From the NCBI GenBank assembly GCA_050945075.1, contig JBMNSG010000002.1:5963-69962 (forward strand): 64,000 nt of DNA, in the 5' to 3' direction. Position 1 is the stretch's first letter, and each line of letters starts with the position of its first letter. The stretch is from Eubacteriaceae bacterium. GTDB taxonomy: Bacteria > Bacillota > Clostridia > Eubacteriales > Eubacteriaceae. A model generated the notes under the pieces. The model ran no database searches, had not been told where the DNA came from, and saw nothing but the letters and a program-made list of their open reading frames with translations. A program made the position numbers and the translations under genes. This document shows, in pieces, positions 29,210 through 40,441 of the stretch.

Positions 29210-30084
29210 AACAGGAAGAGCGCAAATGTTTCAGACAGGTTCCGGACACTGCGCTGGTGCTTGAGGGCGGCGGCCTGAGAGGAATCTGGTCAGCGGGTGT
29301 ATTGGACCGGTTTATGGATCTGGGACTCACCTTTCCCTATATAATCGGCGTATCCATGGGTGCCATAACCGGAGCAAGTTATGTCTCCCGGCAGCGGGGA
29401 CGTTTTATAGGTTTTGTACAGGAGAATCTGCGCAGACCGGCTTATATGGGCTGGGGCAATCTGCTCAGGGAAGGCAATTATTTCGGGCGCCGGTTTGCCT
29501 ATGAAGTATCCCCGAGACGTTTCCTTCCATTTGATTTCAAAGCGTTTTATAATTCGCCGGAGCGTCTGATCAGCACGGCGACGGATATACGGACCGGCAG
29601 GGCGGTTTATTTCGAAAAGAATGAAAACAGGCTAGGCGACATTATGGCAGCCACCAGTTCCATTCCCTTTGTTTCCCGTCCGGTCAGTATTGGTCCGGGT
29701 CTGTACCTGGACGGGGGCACATCGGATTCGGTTCCCATACAGCGGGCTCTGGACGATGGATACAACAGAGCGGTTCTGATATTGACGCGGCCCCGTGGCT
29801 ACAGAAAAGAACCCTATGCGCATCCGCTTCTGGCGCGCAGCTGTTATCGGAAGTATCCAAAAATGGCGGAAGCAATCTTGAATCGCCATAAACATTACAA
29901 CAGGACGATGGATCAGATCGACCGGCTTGAGGACAGCGGGCAGATATTTGTATTCAGACCGGATAAACCGATTCAGTCAGCAATGCTGAACCGGGATCTG
30001 GCTGATGTTGAGGATCACTATAATGAGGGTTATGCATTTGCCAAAGCAGCGGAAAGAGCCTTTCTGAACTTTGCAGGTGTATGA
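29203..30084 (+). CDS. Patatin-like phospholipase family protein
   Basis: 293 aa. Oxyanion LEGGGLRG, nucleophile elbow GVSMGA, and a catalytic Asp in the DGG context (YLDGGTSD). Overlaps the upstream gene by 7 nt. Confidence 0.85.
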   Translation: MLKQEERKCFRQVPDTALVLEGGGLRGIWSAGVLDRFMDLGLTFPYIIGVSMGAITGASYVSRQRGRFIGFVQENLRRPAYMGWGNLLREGNYFGRRFAYEVSPRRFLPFDFKAFYNSPERLISTATDIRTGRAVYFEKNENRLGDIMAATSSIPFVSRPVSIGPGLYLDGGTSDSVPIQRALDDGYNRAVLILTRPRGYRKEPYAHPLLARSCYRKYPKMAEAILNRHKHYNRTMDQIDRLEDSGQIFVFRPDKPIQSAMLNRDLADVEDHYNEGYAFAKAAERAFLNFAGV

Positions 30085-30099
30085 TCCGGAGAGAGTCAT

Positions 30100-32002
<1,903 letters not shown>

Positions 32003-32019
<17 letters not shown>

Positions 32020-32497
32020 AAACGGGAGCAAACCGAAAAAGAAAAAGAGCAGCTCTCTGAAAAAACGCAACTTTCTGTACTGGGGTGGTGTAACGCTCAC
32101 GATAGCCGGTATTGTCGGAATCGGGGATGCTATTTTTACGGTTTATAAAGGAATACTGATGTCTTCGGCAGATTCGCAGGCTTATTCAAGTATATTGACG
32201 AATCTGAATATTACCCAGTCGCAGGCATCCACTGCTGTTATTACGGTGGGCAGTATCCTGATGCTCTTTTATATGCTGATGACGGGAACCGGCGTGGTTG
32301 GGATTTTTTCCTGGCATCGTACCTTTACCAAACGGAATCTGTTCTGGGTGAGTCTGGTTCTGATGGGGCTGGATCTGCTGTTTTATTTCCTGGGTTCCAT
32401 CGATTTATGGCTGCTTCTGGTCACAGGAGCTGCAGATCTGCTGTATTGTATCGGTGTGTACAAAAATTTCACACCGAAGCTCAAACAGTTTTCGTGA
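32003..32497 (+). CDS. Hypothetical membrane protein
   Basis: 164 aa. K-rich N-terminus followed by 4 hydrophobic spans. Overlaps the glgB end by 17 nt. Confidence 0.5.
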
Positions 32498-32502
32498 CAC
32501 TG

Positions 32503-32559
32503 GACAGGAATCATGACTCCAGACAGGATTTATGATTTCGGACAGGTGCAGCGATTCCA
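32503..32559. repeat. Three tandem degenerate 19-bp units starting with GACAGG
   Basis: gacagg at 32503, 32522 and 32541, an exact 19-nt period, immediately after the stop of the upstream gene. Confidence 0.6.
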
Positions 32560-32640
32560 GTCAGACTTGGTAATTTCATACAGGTTTCATAATATTGAAA
32601 GACAGTCACTGCCGGCCAGAAACCGTCAGTGACTGAAACA

Positions 32641-32674
32641 CCCCCGAAACATGACTGTTTCGGGGGTATTTTTA
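32641..32674. terminator. Bidirectional terminator
   Basis: cccccgaaac / atgact / gtttcggggg followed by tattttta, between convergent genes. Confidence 0.8.
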
Positions 32675-33337
32675 TATGTCAAACATACTCTGCTGTCCGT
32701 TTTTCAGATGGGACTGCAGCGGGATGCTGTAATCACCGCTCAGGGAGCGGGCTGCCGCCGGATCATTCAGCCAGCGCCCGGCTTCGTTTCCGGGGATGAT
32801 GACAGGCATGCGGTTATGGACCTTACGCACTGTATCATCCGGCTCTTTGGTCAGAATGACGAAACGCGAAGCATTTATATCATTGGAAGTGTTTGAGCTT
32901 TTCGGAGTATCTGAGGCTGATGAACGGCCGGAAGGATGTGCAGGCTGCCAGAGACCACCCAGAAACATGAGCTCGTCCGGTGCAGTAAAAACGAACTGCT
33001 GTTTTTCCGGATTCCATTCGTAAAATCCCGTGGCCGGGATCAGACAGCGGCGTCTTTGAAAATCATCCCGGAACATCCGCTTTTCCGGAGCAGTTTCAGA
33101 TCTGGCATTGATTAGCAGCTGTCCGGGCTTGAATGGATTTTCATAACCCCATTTCAACAGTTCCATTTCCGGGCCATTCCCGGTTTCGAGAATAACCGGT
33201 GCTTGCTGAGAGGGATAAATATCTCCACGCGTTGGATCCAGGTTTTCAAGACCTGTGGTACCGGCTAGCGGGGCGGGCATCTGTGTCAGAATATCCTCGC
33301 GGTCTTTATCGGTTAAAAATATAAATCTTCCACACAT
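32672..33337 (-). CDS. SOS response-associated peptidase (SRAP/YedK, abasic-site processing protein)
   Basis: 221 aa beginning MCGRF (catalytic Cys2), with conserved NARSET and GFYEW motifs. Confidence 0.88.
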   Translation of the reverse strand: MCGRFIFLTDKDREDILTQMPAPLAGTTGLENLDPTRGDIYPSQQAPVILETGNGPEMELLKWGYENPFKPGQLLINARSETAPEKRMFRDDFQRRRCLIPATGFYEWNPEKQQFVFTAPDELMFLGGLWQPAHPSGRSSASDTPKSSNTSNDINASRFVILTKEPDDTVRKVHNRMPVIIPGNEAGRWLNDPAAARSLSGDYSIPLQSHLKNGQQSMFDI

Positions 33338-33364
33338 TTTTCTGCTCCTGACTTTCTGATCAAT

Positions 33365-33410
33365 AAAAGGGTATATTTCCGGCGTTGTTCTGGAAATATA
33401 CCCTTTTTAT
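33365..33410. terminator. Hairpin terminator downstream of the L,D-transpeptidase gene
   Basis: aaaagggtatatttcc / 11-nt loop / ggaaatataccctttt, with A/T runs on both sides. Confidence 0.75.
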
Positions 33411-33509
33411 TAAAATCTTCAGTATTGAATGTTTTCCGGACACCTCAGAACTTCGATGGAAATCTGTGAAGACCGCGAAACCGGTATACGATGTGGTAGT
33501 GTTTGAATT

Positions 33510-35669
33510 TTAATAAACCACAACCGGTTCACCCGCTTCACAGTTCGAGTAAATGGTTTCGACTGCTGCATAGGGTGTATTGACACAGCCATGAGAACCG
33601 CTGGTCAGGTACAGATCGCCGCCGTAATTGCTTCTCCAGGATGCATCATGTATGCCGATTCCTCCGTTGAACGGGATCCAGTAGGTAACGGGGGAAGCAT
33701 AGCTGCTGCCGTCTCCGTTGTCACCGGAAAGTGTAACGTTGGTATCTTTGTAGGCGATCTGATAAATACCGCTTGGGGTTCCGTATCCGGATGAAACGGT
33801 TCCGGTAGTTACCGGGGTGGATACAACAAGCGAACCGTTTTTATAACAGTACATGGTCTGAGCACTGATCGAGATTTCGATATAGTCGCCTCCGACTGCG
33901 TTTCCGGAAGTTCTGTCTGCTCCTTCAGAATCATAAACCGGTTCTCTGGTTGTGGTCGAGCCTTCGGAAATTAATGAAACCAGCTGTTCGGTTTCTGCTT
34001 CCTGATCGATTTCCCAGCCATATCCGGCTGCATAGACTTCGACAGTTCCGCCTCCAGTGGTGTTAAAGTTCTGGTAGGTATACAGTGTATCGTATTTGTC
34101 TGCCAGCTCCTTGACATAAGCGGCAGCCTGATTGCTGTCAACTTGGACGTTGCCGTCCGCATCGGTGCTGAGCCAGTTGATGAAGGTGTTTTTATCCAGA
34201 GTCTCTGTCTGATTTCCGAATTTATAGGTAATCACGGTTGAAGCAATCTTATTGAGTTTTTCCACACTGGATTTAAGCTGTGCAGAATCAGCCGTTACAG
34301 ACGGCTGAACATAGAGCTTTTCCTGTTTCAGATCGATTTTATCGGTTCCTGAAATCAGATCGTCCAGAACGGCCTGTTTCAGTTTGTCCTGATCGACCTG
34401 TGTTCCATAGATTTCATCCTTAATCACATAAGTGCCATTGTTATAGGAAGCCTGTGCATTTTCTGTGGCTACAATGTCGCTTCCGGTAACAAAAGAAGAC
34501 TGGCTGACGATTTTATCGAGTTTATCTTCAGAATACGTGTATTTGCTGGCAAGATCGATTCGTTCGGCACCGACCAGTGCAACCGGCCAGCTCCAGGGAT
34601 TCTGCTGGGCAATAACGCCGGCAAGGTCCAGATTGTTGGAGAAAGCCAGGTCGATATCGCCTGCAGTAATGTCAGCTGTTTTTCCGTCAGATCCCGTAAT
34701 GGTTACCGTTCTGTCCGGTGTTCCGGATTGGATAATCTGTTCGGTTTCTGCTACGGTTTTGTTAGCGACTGAGAAACCGTCAACATAAGTCCCCGGCATA
34801 AACACCTGAGAGAAACGCCAGACTCCGATTAAATAGGCACAGACCAGTACAGCGGCTACACTGCCCAGAATAATCCAGAGCTTTTTCCTGTTTTTCGGCT
34901 TTTTTGCGACAGCAGCAGAACCGGAGGTTCTGTCTGCATCCGGATGTGGCAGATCAGTATCGTCTGCGGCATGCAGGTTGAGATCCAGTCCTCTGGGTTC
35001 GTCCAGAGGGCTGATTTCGGGATCCTCCGGTGCAAATATATCATCGTCCGCGGTTATACTATTTTCATTATCTGAAGCAGTATCATCCGGAGTGCTGTCG
35101 TCCCCGGCGGCATCATCTGCAGGACCATCGTTTCCGTCTGAGGATGAGTCATCGCTGTCTGAAGAATTGTCTGCGGGACTGTCGCTTTTGTCTGCTGCGT
35201 CGTCTGTGCTACCTGTGTCTGCAGCATCGAGTTCCGCAGCTGCATCAGGATCGGGATCAGCATCGTCCGCTGTAGCATTGGCATTGACGTTCGCTGCTGT
35301 ATCAGGTTCCGGGGTGTCAGCTGTGCTGACTGTATCTGCAGCATTGAGTTCCGCAGATGTATCGGGATCGGCATCAGCATCGGCTGTTGCTGTATCAGAT
35401 TCCGGGACCTCTGCTGTGTTGTCTGTGGCTGCTGCCCCGGCAACCGGAGCGGCAGATGCACTGCCCGTGCCTGTGGCTGCGGCATCCGGGATGTCACCGG
35501 TGGTTTCTGCCGGTTCTTCCAGCGTGTCCGAAACCGGCTCGGTAAGAAAGATCATCGAGGTATCGTCCGGATCTGCGGTTTTCGGATTGTCCGTCTCCTG
35601 GACGGCATGCTCCGAATCCGCAGTCGGACAGACCGGCTTATTATCTTTATTCTCTTCGTTTGGGTTCAT
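33510..35669 (-). CDS. L,D-transpeptidase (YkuD domain) with a long acidic low-complexity N-terminus and a TM anchor
   Basis: 719 aa. C-terminal GIHDASWRSNYGG...SGSHGCVNTP YkuD catalytic motif; one TM (LWIILGSVAAVLVCAYLIGVW). The first ~255 aa are D/A/T/P-rich with internal repeats. Confidence 0.8.
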   Translation of the reverse strand: MNPNEENKDNKPVCPTADSEHAVQETDNPKTADPDDTSMIFLTEPVSDTLEEPAETTGDIPDAAATGTGSASAAPVAGAAATDNTAEVPESDTATADADADPDTSAELNAADTVSTADTPEPDTAANVNANATADDADPDPDAAAELDAADTGSTDDAADKSDSPADNSSDSDDSSSDGNDGPADDAAGDDSTPDDTASDNENSITADDDIFAPEDPEISPLDEPRGLDLNLHAADDTDLPHPDADRTSGSAAVAKKPKNRKKLWIILGSVAAVLVCAYLIGVWRFSQVFMPGTYVDGFSVANKTVAETEQIIQSGTPDRTVTITGSDGKTADITAGDIDLAFSNNLDLAGVIAQQNPWSWPVALVGAERIDLASKYTYSEDKLDKIVSQSSFVTGSDIVATENAQASYNNGTYVIKDEIYGTQVDQDKLKQAVLDDLISGTDKIDLKQEKLYVQPSVTADSAQLKSSVEKLNKIASTVITYKFGNQTETLDKNTFINWLSTDADGNVQVDSNQAAAYVKELADKYDTLYTYQNFNTTGGGTVEVYAAGYGWEIDQEAETEQLVSLISEGSTTTREPVYDSEGADRTSGNAVGGDYIEISISAQTMYCYKNGSLVVSTPVTTGTVSSGYGTPSGIYQIAYKDTNVTLSGDNGDGSSYASPVTYWIPFNGGIGIHDASWRSNYGGDLYLTSGSHGCVNTPYAAVETIYSNCEAGEPVVVY

Positions 35670-35940
35670 TTGTTTTCCTGTCTGTTACTCTTTTCCGTTA
35701 GATCAATTGAATGAGTGCAAAAAACAGCAATATTAAAATTGACTGCAAATTTACATACATCTATTTTAACACGGACTCCTTTAGTCAGCATAATAGTTAT
35801 AGGAGAGAATGTATGAGAATAAATAATCATAATCGTTTAATAATAAGAAATAATTCGCAGCAACGAGCTGGAAGCGTGTTATAATAGGAACAAGAATATG
35901 CAGCCGGACTCAGTCTGTTCCGGAATTTGAAGGAGAATAC

Positions 35941-36831
35941 ATGTTTGAAATCGTTAAGAAGCAAATGCTTGCAGACAATATTGTCGAATTTGTCGTAAAA
36001 GCACCACGCATTGCCAAACACTGCGAACCCGGACAGTTTGTCATTGTCAAGGAAGAGGATAAAACAGAACGTATCCCGCTTACCATCTGTGATTATGACA
36101 GAAAAGAAGGAACGATTACCCTGGTCATCCAGATTGTCGGAAAAGCAACACAGTTGCTGAGCGAACTGGACGCCGGTCAGTTTATTGCTCACGTGACAGG
36201 ACCGTTGGGGAAACCGTCGGAATTCACGCAGATGTCTCCCGAAGAGCTGAAGGAAAAACGCCTTCTCTTTGTTGCAGGCGGTCTGGGCGCGGCACCGGTC
36301 TTTCCGCAGGTGAGATGGGCGCATGAACACGGGGTTCCTGTCGATGTCATTATCGGTGCCAAGACAAAGGATATCCTGATTCTTGAAGATGAAATGAAAG
36401 CTGTCTGCGACAATCTTTATATTGCCACGGATGACGGCTCTTACGGATACCACGGTCTGGTAACCGGTCTGCTTGAAGATCTGGTTGTCAACCAGGGAAA
36501 GAAATACACGGACGTCATTGCCATCGGCCCGATGATCATGATGAAGTTTGCAGCGCTCAAGACAAAAGAACTGGGCCTTCCGACCATTGTCAGCCTGAAT
36601 CCGATCATGGTAGACGGTACCGGTATGTGCGGAGCCTGCAGAGTCCTGGTAGACGGAAAAGTCAAGTTTGCCTGTGTTGACGGTCCTGAATTCGACGGTC
36701 ATCTGGTAGATTTTGATCAGGCGATGCAGCGCCAGCGTTTATATAAAACCGAAGAAGGAAGAAAATTCCTCGAAATTGAAGAAAAAGATACGCATCACGG
36801 TGGATGCGGTGTATGTTCGGAGGTGGAATAA
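35941..36831 (+). CDS. nfnA: NfnA-like FAD/NAD-binding and [2Fe-2S] subunit (sulfide/dihydroorotate dehydrogenase-like)
   Basis: 296 aa. FNR-like fold with the C-terminal cluster motif GTGMCGACRV...C. Its TAA overlaps the next ATG. Confidence 0.8.
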   Translation: MFEIVKKQMLADNIVEFVVKAPRIAKHCEPGQFVIVKEEDKTERIPLTICDYDRKEGTITLVIQIVGKATQLLSELDAGQFIAHVTGPLGKPSEFTQMSPEELKEKRLLFVAGGLGAAPVFPQVRWAHEHGVPVDVIIGAKTKDILILEDEMKAVCDNLYIATDDGSYGYHGLVTGLLEDLVVNQGKKYTDVIAIGPMIMMKFAALKTKELGLPTIVSLNPIMVDGTGMCGACRVLVDGKVKFACVDGPEFDGHLVDFDQAMQRQRLYKTEEGRKFLEIEEKDTHHGGCGVCSEVE

Positions 36832-38240
36832 TGGCATTAAAACTCGAACGGGTGCCTGTTCAGGAACAGGATCCAAAAGTCCGTGCGACAAATTTTGACG
36901 AAGTCAATCTCGGATATACGCCGGAAGAAGCAGTCGCAGAAGCATCCAGATGCCTGAACTGCAAGAAACCGAAATGTGTGACCGGCTGTCCGGTAGAAAT
37001 CAACATTCCCGGATTTGTCGAACAGGTGGCGAAGGGCAACTTCGAAGAAGCTTACAAGGTAATCAGCCTTTCTTCTTCACTGCCGGCTGTCTGCGGCCGT
37101 GTATGTCCGCAGGAAACGCAGTGCGAAGGTGTCTGTGTACTCGGCAACAAGGGTGAACCGGTTGCCATTGGCCGTCTGGAACGTTTTGTAGCGGACTGGG
37201 CCGGTCAGAACGGGATTAAACCGTCACTTGATGTCAAACCGAACGGCCGCAAGGTAGCGGTAATCGGAGCAGGGCCTGCAGGACTGACCTGTGCCGGAGA
37301 TCTGGCACGGATGGGTTATCAGGTTAAGATTTTCGAAGCACTTCATGAAGCGGGCGGCGTACTGGTTTACGGGATTCCTGAATTCCGTCTGCCCAAGGAT
37401 AAGGTTGTAGCCAGAGAAGTACAGAACGTACGTGATCTCGGTGTGGAAATCGAAACCGACGTTGTTGCCGGACACGCGCTGACTATTGACGAACTTTTTG
37501 ATGATGAAGGATACGATGCGGTATTCATCGGCTCCGGGGCAGGTCTTCCGAAGTTTATGAATATACCGGGTGAACTGGCTAACGGTGTCCTCTCTGCCAA
37601 TGAATATCTCACCAGAAACAACCTGATGCGTGCCTATGCCAACGGCGACACACCTATCGTACACGGGAAACGCTGTGTAGTTGTAGGCGGCGGCAATGTC
37701 GCTATGGACTCTGCCAGGACTGCACTCAGACTGGGTGCTGAAACCTATATTGTCTACCGCAGAAGTATGAAGGAACTTCCGGCTCGTGCTGAAGAAGTCC
37801 ATCATGCAGAAGAAGAAGGCATTATTTTTGATCTGATGACCAACCCTGTGGAAATCCTCGAGGATGAAAACGGATGGGTCAAGGGGATCCGCTGTATCCG
37901 TATGGAACTGGGCGAACCGGATGAATCCGGCAGACGCCGCCCGATTCCGATTCCGGGTTCGGAATTCGAAATTGACTGTGATGAAGTGATCATGGCTCTG
38001 GGTACTTCTCCGAATCCGCTGATTCCGAGAACCACTGCAGGTCTGGATACCAACAGACGCCAGTGCATTATTGCCGATGAAACCACAGGACAGACCTCCC
38101 GTGAAGGTGTATTTGCCGGCGGAGATGCTGTTACCGGTTCCGCAACGGTTATCCTTGCCATGGGTGCAGGGAAGGCTGCGGCCAGAGGAATCGACGATTA
38201 TCTGAATAAAAAAGAAGCTGAAAAGAAAGAACAGGCATAA
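36831..38240 (+). CDS. nfnB: NfnB-like / NADPH-dependent glutamate synthase small-chain-type oxidoreductase
   Basis: The ATG at 36831 gives MALKLERVPVQEQ. Has two [4Fe-4S] Cys motifs (CLNCKKPKCVTGCP; CGRVCPQETQCEGVC) and VAVIGAGPAGL dinucleotide folds. Confidence 0.85.
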   Translation: MALKLERVPVQEQDPKVRATNFDEVNLGYTPEEAVAEASRCLNCKKPKCVTGCPVEINIPGFVEQVAKGNFEEAYKVISLSSSLPAVCGRVCPQETQCEGVCVLGNKGEPVAIGRLERFVADWAGQNGIKPSLDVKPNGRKVAVIGAGPAGLTCAGDLARMGYQVKIFEALHEAGGVLVYGIPEFRLPKDKVVAREVQNVRDLGVEIETDVVAGHALTIDELFDDEGYDAVFIGSGAGLPKFMNIPGELANGVLSANEYLTRNNLMRAYANGDTPIVHGKRCVVVGGGNVAMDSARTALRLGAETYIVYRRSMKELPARAEEVHHAEEEGIIFDLMTNPVEILEDENGWVKGIRCIRMELGEPDESGRRRPIPIPGSEFEIDCDEVIMALGTSPNPLIPRTTAGLDTNRRQCIIADETTGQTSREGVFAGGDAVTGSATVILAMGAGKAAARGIDDYLNKKEAEKKEQA

Positions 38241-38342
38241 TAAGACTGCCTGTTCCGGAACAGCTTTACAACGGGGGCGGAACTGCCAGCGGAAACAGGA
38301 ATACTGTTTGCAGGTGCAGATCCGCTCTTTTTCTATGGAAAA

Positions 38343-38364
38343 TAAAAAACCCGCCGTAGCGGGC
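38343..38364 (-). terminator. Terminator of the rubredoxin gene
   Basis: cccgc / cgta / gcggg, with a T-run only when read on the minus strand. Confidence 0.65.
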
Positions 38365-38374
38365 TGCATCATGG

Positions 38375-38527
38375 TTACATAGGGCTGAACTGATCTTTGG
38401 GTGCGCCGCATTCCGGACATACCCAGCTTTCCGGAAGGTCTTTGAAAGCAGTTCCCGGAGCTATATCCTGAGTCGGGTCGCCGATCGCCGGATCATAAAT
38501 CCAACCGCAAATATCACATACGTACAT
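38375..38527 (-). CDS. Rubredoxin (50 aa; absent from the supplied ORF track)
   Basis: Own translation: [50 protein letters not shown]. Shows the CxxCG and CPxCG iron-binding knuckles. A GGAGGAA RBS lies 5 nt upstream. Confidence 0.88.
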   Translation of the reverse strand: MYVCDICGWIYDPAIGDPTQDIAPGTAFKDLPESWVCPECGAPKDQFSPM

Positions 38528-38679
38528 ATTGTTCCTCCTGTAAGTCGGTTTTAGAGCTTCCGGATGGAAACTCTGATAAAATCATTATACCCTGAGTACA
38601 GTATGGTTATCAAGGGAATACGGATAATAAATCGTTAACAATATTATATAAACCAAATGGCTTGAATGAGGTGTTTCTG

Positions 38680-39405
38680 ATGCAGACCTGGAATCCATGG
38701 CATGGCTGTTTTAAAATAAGTGCCGGATGCAAAAACTGTTATATGTATGCTTCGGATTTGCGTTACGATCGGAATCCGCAGGACATTCACCGGACGGCGT
38801 CTTTTGATCTGCCGGCGCGTAAAAAACGCAGCGGCAGCTGGTCGTTCTGTCCCGGCGGCGGCTCTGTATTCTGCTGCGGGACCTCGGATTTCTTTTTAAA
38901 AGAAGCGGATCCCTGGAGGGAAGAAGCCTGGAATATGATCAGAAACAGGCCGGATCTCGACTTCCTGATTGTAACCAAGAGGATTCACCGGGCAGCGGAA
39001 ACGTTTCCGCCCGACTGGGGAAACGGCTGGGAAAATGTGCGGATCTGCAGTACCTGCGAAAATCAGGAAACAGCGGATTTCAGAATTCCGATTCTGCTGG
39101 ACCTGCCTATCCGCCACCGTATTATCGCGCATGAACCGATGCTGGAAGCGATCCGGATTGAAGATCTGATTGGCGGACGCGCCGGTCTTATTGAGAACGT
39201 CAACTGCGGCGGAGAATCCGGAGAGTATGCCCGTCTGTGCCGGTATGACTGGGTACTGGATACCAGAGAGCAGTGCAGGCGGCTCGGAATCTCGTATACC
39301 TTCCGTCAGACAGGCGCCAGATTCGAAAAGGATGGCAGACTCTACCGCATCCCCCGCAGACTTCAGGGAAGCCAGGCACGAAAGGCGGGCATTGACTTGT
39401 ATTGA
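38680..39405 (+). CDS. DUF5131 (phage Gp37/Gp68) family protein
   Basis: N-terminal WNPWHGCFKISAGCKNCY is the hallmark Cys motif of this family. The ATG at 38680 is preferred over the TTG at 38662. Confidence 0.75.
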   Translation: MQTWNPWHGCFKISAGCKNCYMYASDLRYDRNPQDIHRTASFDLPARKKRSGSWSFCPGGGSVFCCGTSDFFLKEADPWREEAWNMIRNRPDLDFLIVTKRIHRAAETFPPDWGNGWENVRICSTCENQETADFRIPILLDLPIRHRIIAHEPMLEAIRIEDLIGGRAGLIENVNCGGESGEYARLCRYDWVLDTREQCRRLGISYTFRQTGARFEKDGRLYRIPRRLQGSQARKAGIDLY

Positions 39406-39573
39406 AACCTTCGCGCAGGGAAATGCGTTTGAATGACGGTGTAAATGAAAAATCCCGCTGCCACAGCAATCACAGGGATTGATGCGTCAACGGGATTTCA
39501 TCGCAGAATTACTGATTCCGGCGGATCTTTACGGATCCCGCCGGGATCCGGTCTGTTTTGTCATCTGTTTGGC

Positions 39574-40197
39574 TCAGGTTCTGTAGTTTTTCTTTTCTTT
39601 GTAAAGGCGGTAACGGTCGTTCAGGAAGTCGCGTGTTTCCGTATAATCAGGCGGATCGGTACGTCCGGCCTTGTCTGCTTCTGCCAGCAGGATCAGGTCT
39701 TCAGGGCTGAGGGCTTCCGAAAACAGATTATTGGTTGCCCTGACTCTGGAATGATCTTTTGCGAGCATGTTGGGACGCATATGCAGCCTGGTCAGGTTAA
39801 CGGCGGCTTCTTTTTCTTTAATGAATCCGGCTTCTTCCAGAAATTTGTCTGCGAGACGCGCACTGACATTTTCATGACCGATCGAGCGGATACGCCCGTT
39901 TTCGTTCGTGGTTTTGTAGGCTTTGCCTGTATCGTGGAGCAGCGCTGCCAGCATGAAGGCCAGCGGATCCTGAGCCTGACTTCTCAGCTCCGCAGCTGCA
40001 TCCAGCACCAGCATGGTGTGAATAAACACATCTCCCTCCGGATGATAGTCCGGATTCTGTTCAACGCCGATCAGCGCTGCCAGATCGGGAAATTCCTTTT
40101 CAAGGTCTCCGCTTTTTCTGAGTGCTTCAAAATACTCTGAAGGCCTGCTGTCCTCGAGCAGCACTTCTTCCAGTTTTTTTCTGGCTTCTTCGTTCAT
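39574..40197 (-). CDS. Stand-alone HD-domain phosphohydrolase resembling the HD domain of class II CCA-adding enzyme
   Basis: The ATG at 40197 follows GGAGG. FPDLAALIGVEQNPDYHPEGDVFIHTML, LLHDTGKA and AEADKAGRTD are colinear with the E. coli Cca C-terminal half. No nucleotidyltransferase head is present. Confidence 0.75.
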   Translation of the reverse strand: MNEEARKKLEEVLLEDSRPSEYFEALRKSGDLEKEFPDLAALIGVEQNPDYHPEGDVFIHTMLVLDAAAELRSQAQDPLAFMLAALLHDTGKAYKTTNENGRIRSIGHENVSARLADKFLEEAGFIKEKEAAVNLTRLHMRPNMLAKDHSRVRATNNLFSEALSPEDLILLAEADKAGRTDPPDYTETRDFLNDRYRLYKEKKNYRT

Positions 40198-40210
40198 CTG
40201 TCCTCCGAAA

Positions 40211-40417
40211 TTATTGTCGTTCACTCCGGTAATGGAATTTGATATGTTCATTATAGTACTTCCCGGGACTCTCCGCATTTAAAAGATCACGGTATACTTC
40301 CCATGGGACATCATCATAACAGATGGATTTTCCGCTTGTAAAGTTAATCAGAAGCCGCCAGTTGCTGTAGGCGGCGGATACAATTACGGATGATTTAAGA
40401 AACGCACTGTGTTTCAT
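40211..40417 (-). CDS. KTSC domain-containing protein
   Basis: 68 aa. SAAYSNWRLLINFTSGKSICYDDVPWEVYRDLLNAESPGKYYNEHIK fits the KTSC (lysyl-tRNA synthetase C-terminal) domain pattern. Confidence 0.7.
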   Translation of the reverse strand: MKHSAFLKSSVIVSAAYSNWRLLINFTSGKSICYDDVPWEVYRDLLNAESPGKYYNEHIKFHYRSERQ

Positions 40418-40441
40418 GATGTTTCTCCGGAAACCGGCGAT

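Noticed and set aside
34978-35736. 252-aa + strand ORF rich in S/A/V
   Set aside because: It is the mirror image of the D/A/T-rich repeat region of the L,D-transpeptidase gene. The low-complexity DNA keeps the opposite frame open, and the ORF runs past the real start into the intergenic region.
35827-36702. 291-aa minus-strand ORF
   Set aside because: It is antisense to nfnA and starts inside the promoter region. No motifs are present.
37224-38420. 398-aa minus-strand ORF
   Set aside because: It is antisense to nfnB. Its 5' part also overlaps, in another frame, the 3' end of the genuine 50-aa rubredoxin gene (38375-38527) and that gene's terminator.
39445-40140. 231-aa + strand ORF
   Set aside because: It is antisense to the HD-domain gene, whose motifs (HPEGD, LLHDTGK) are convincing.
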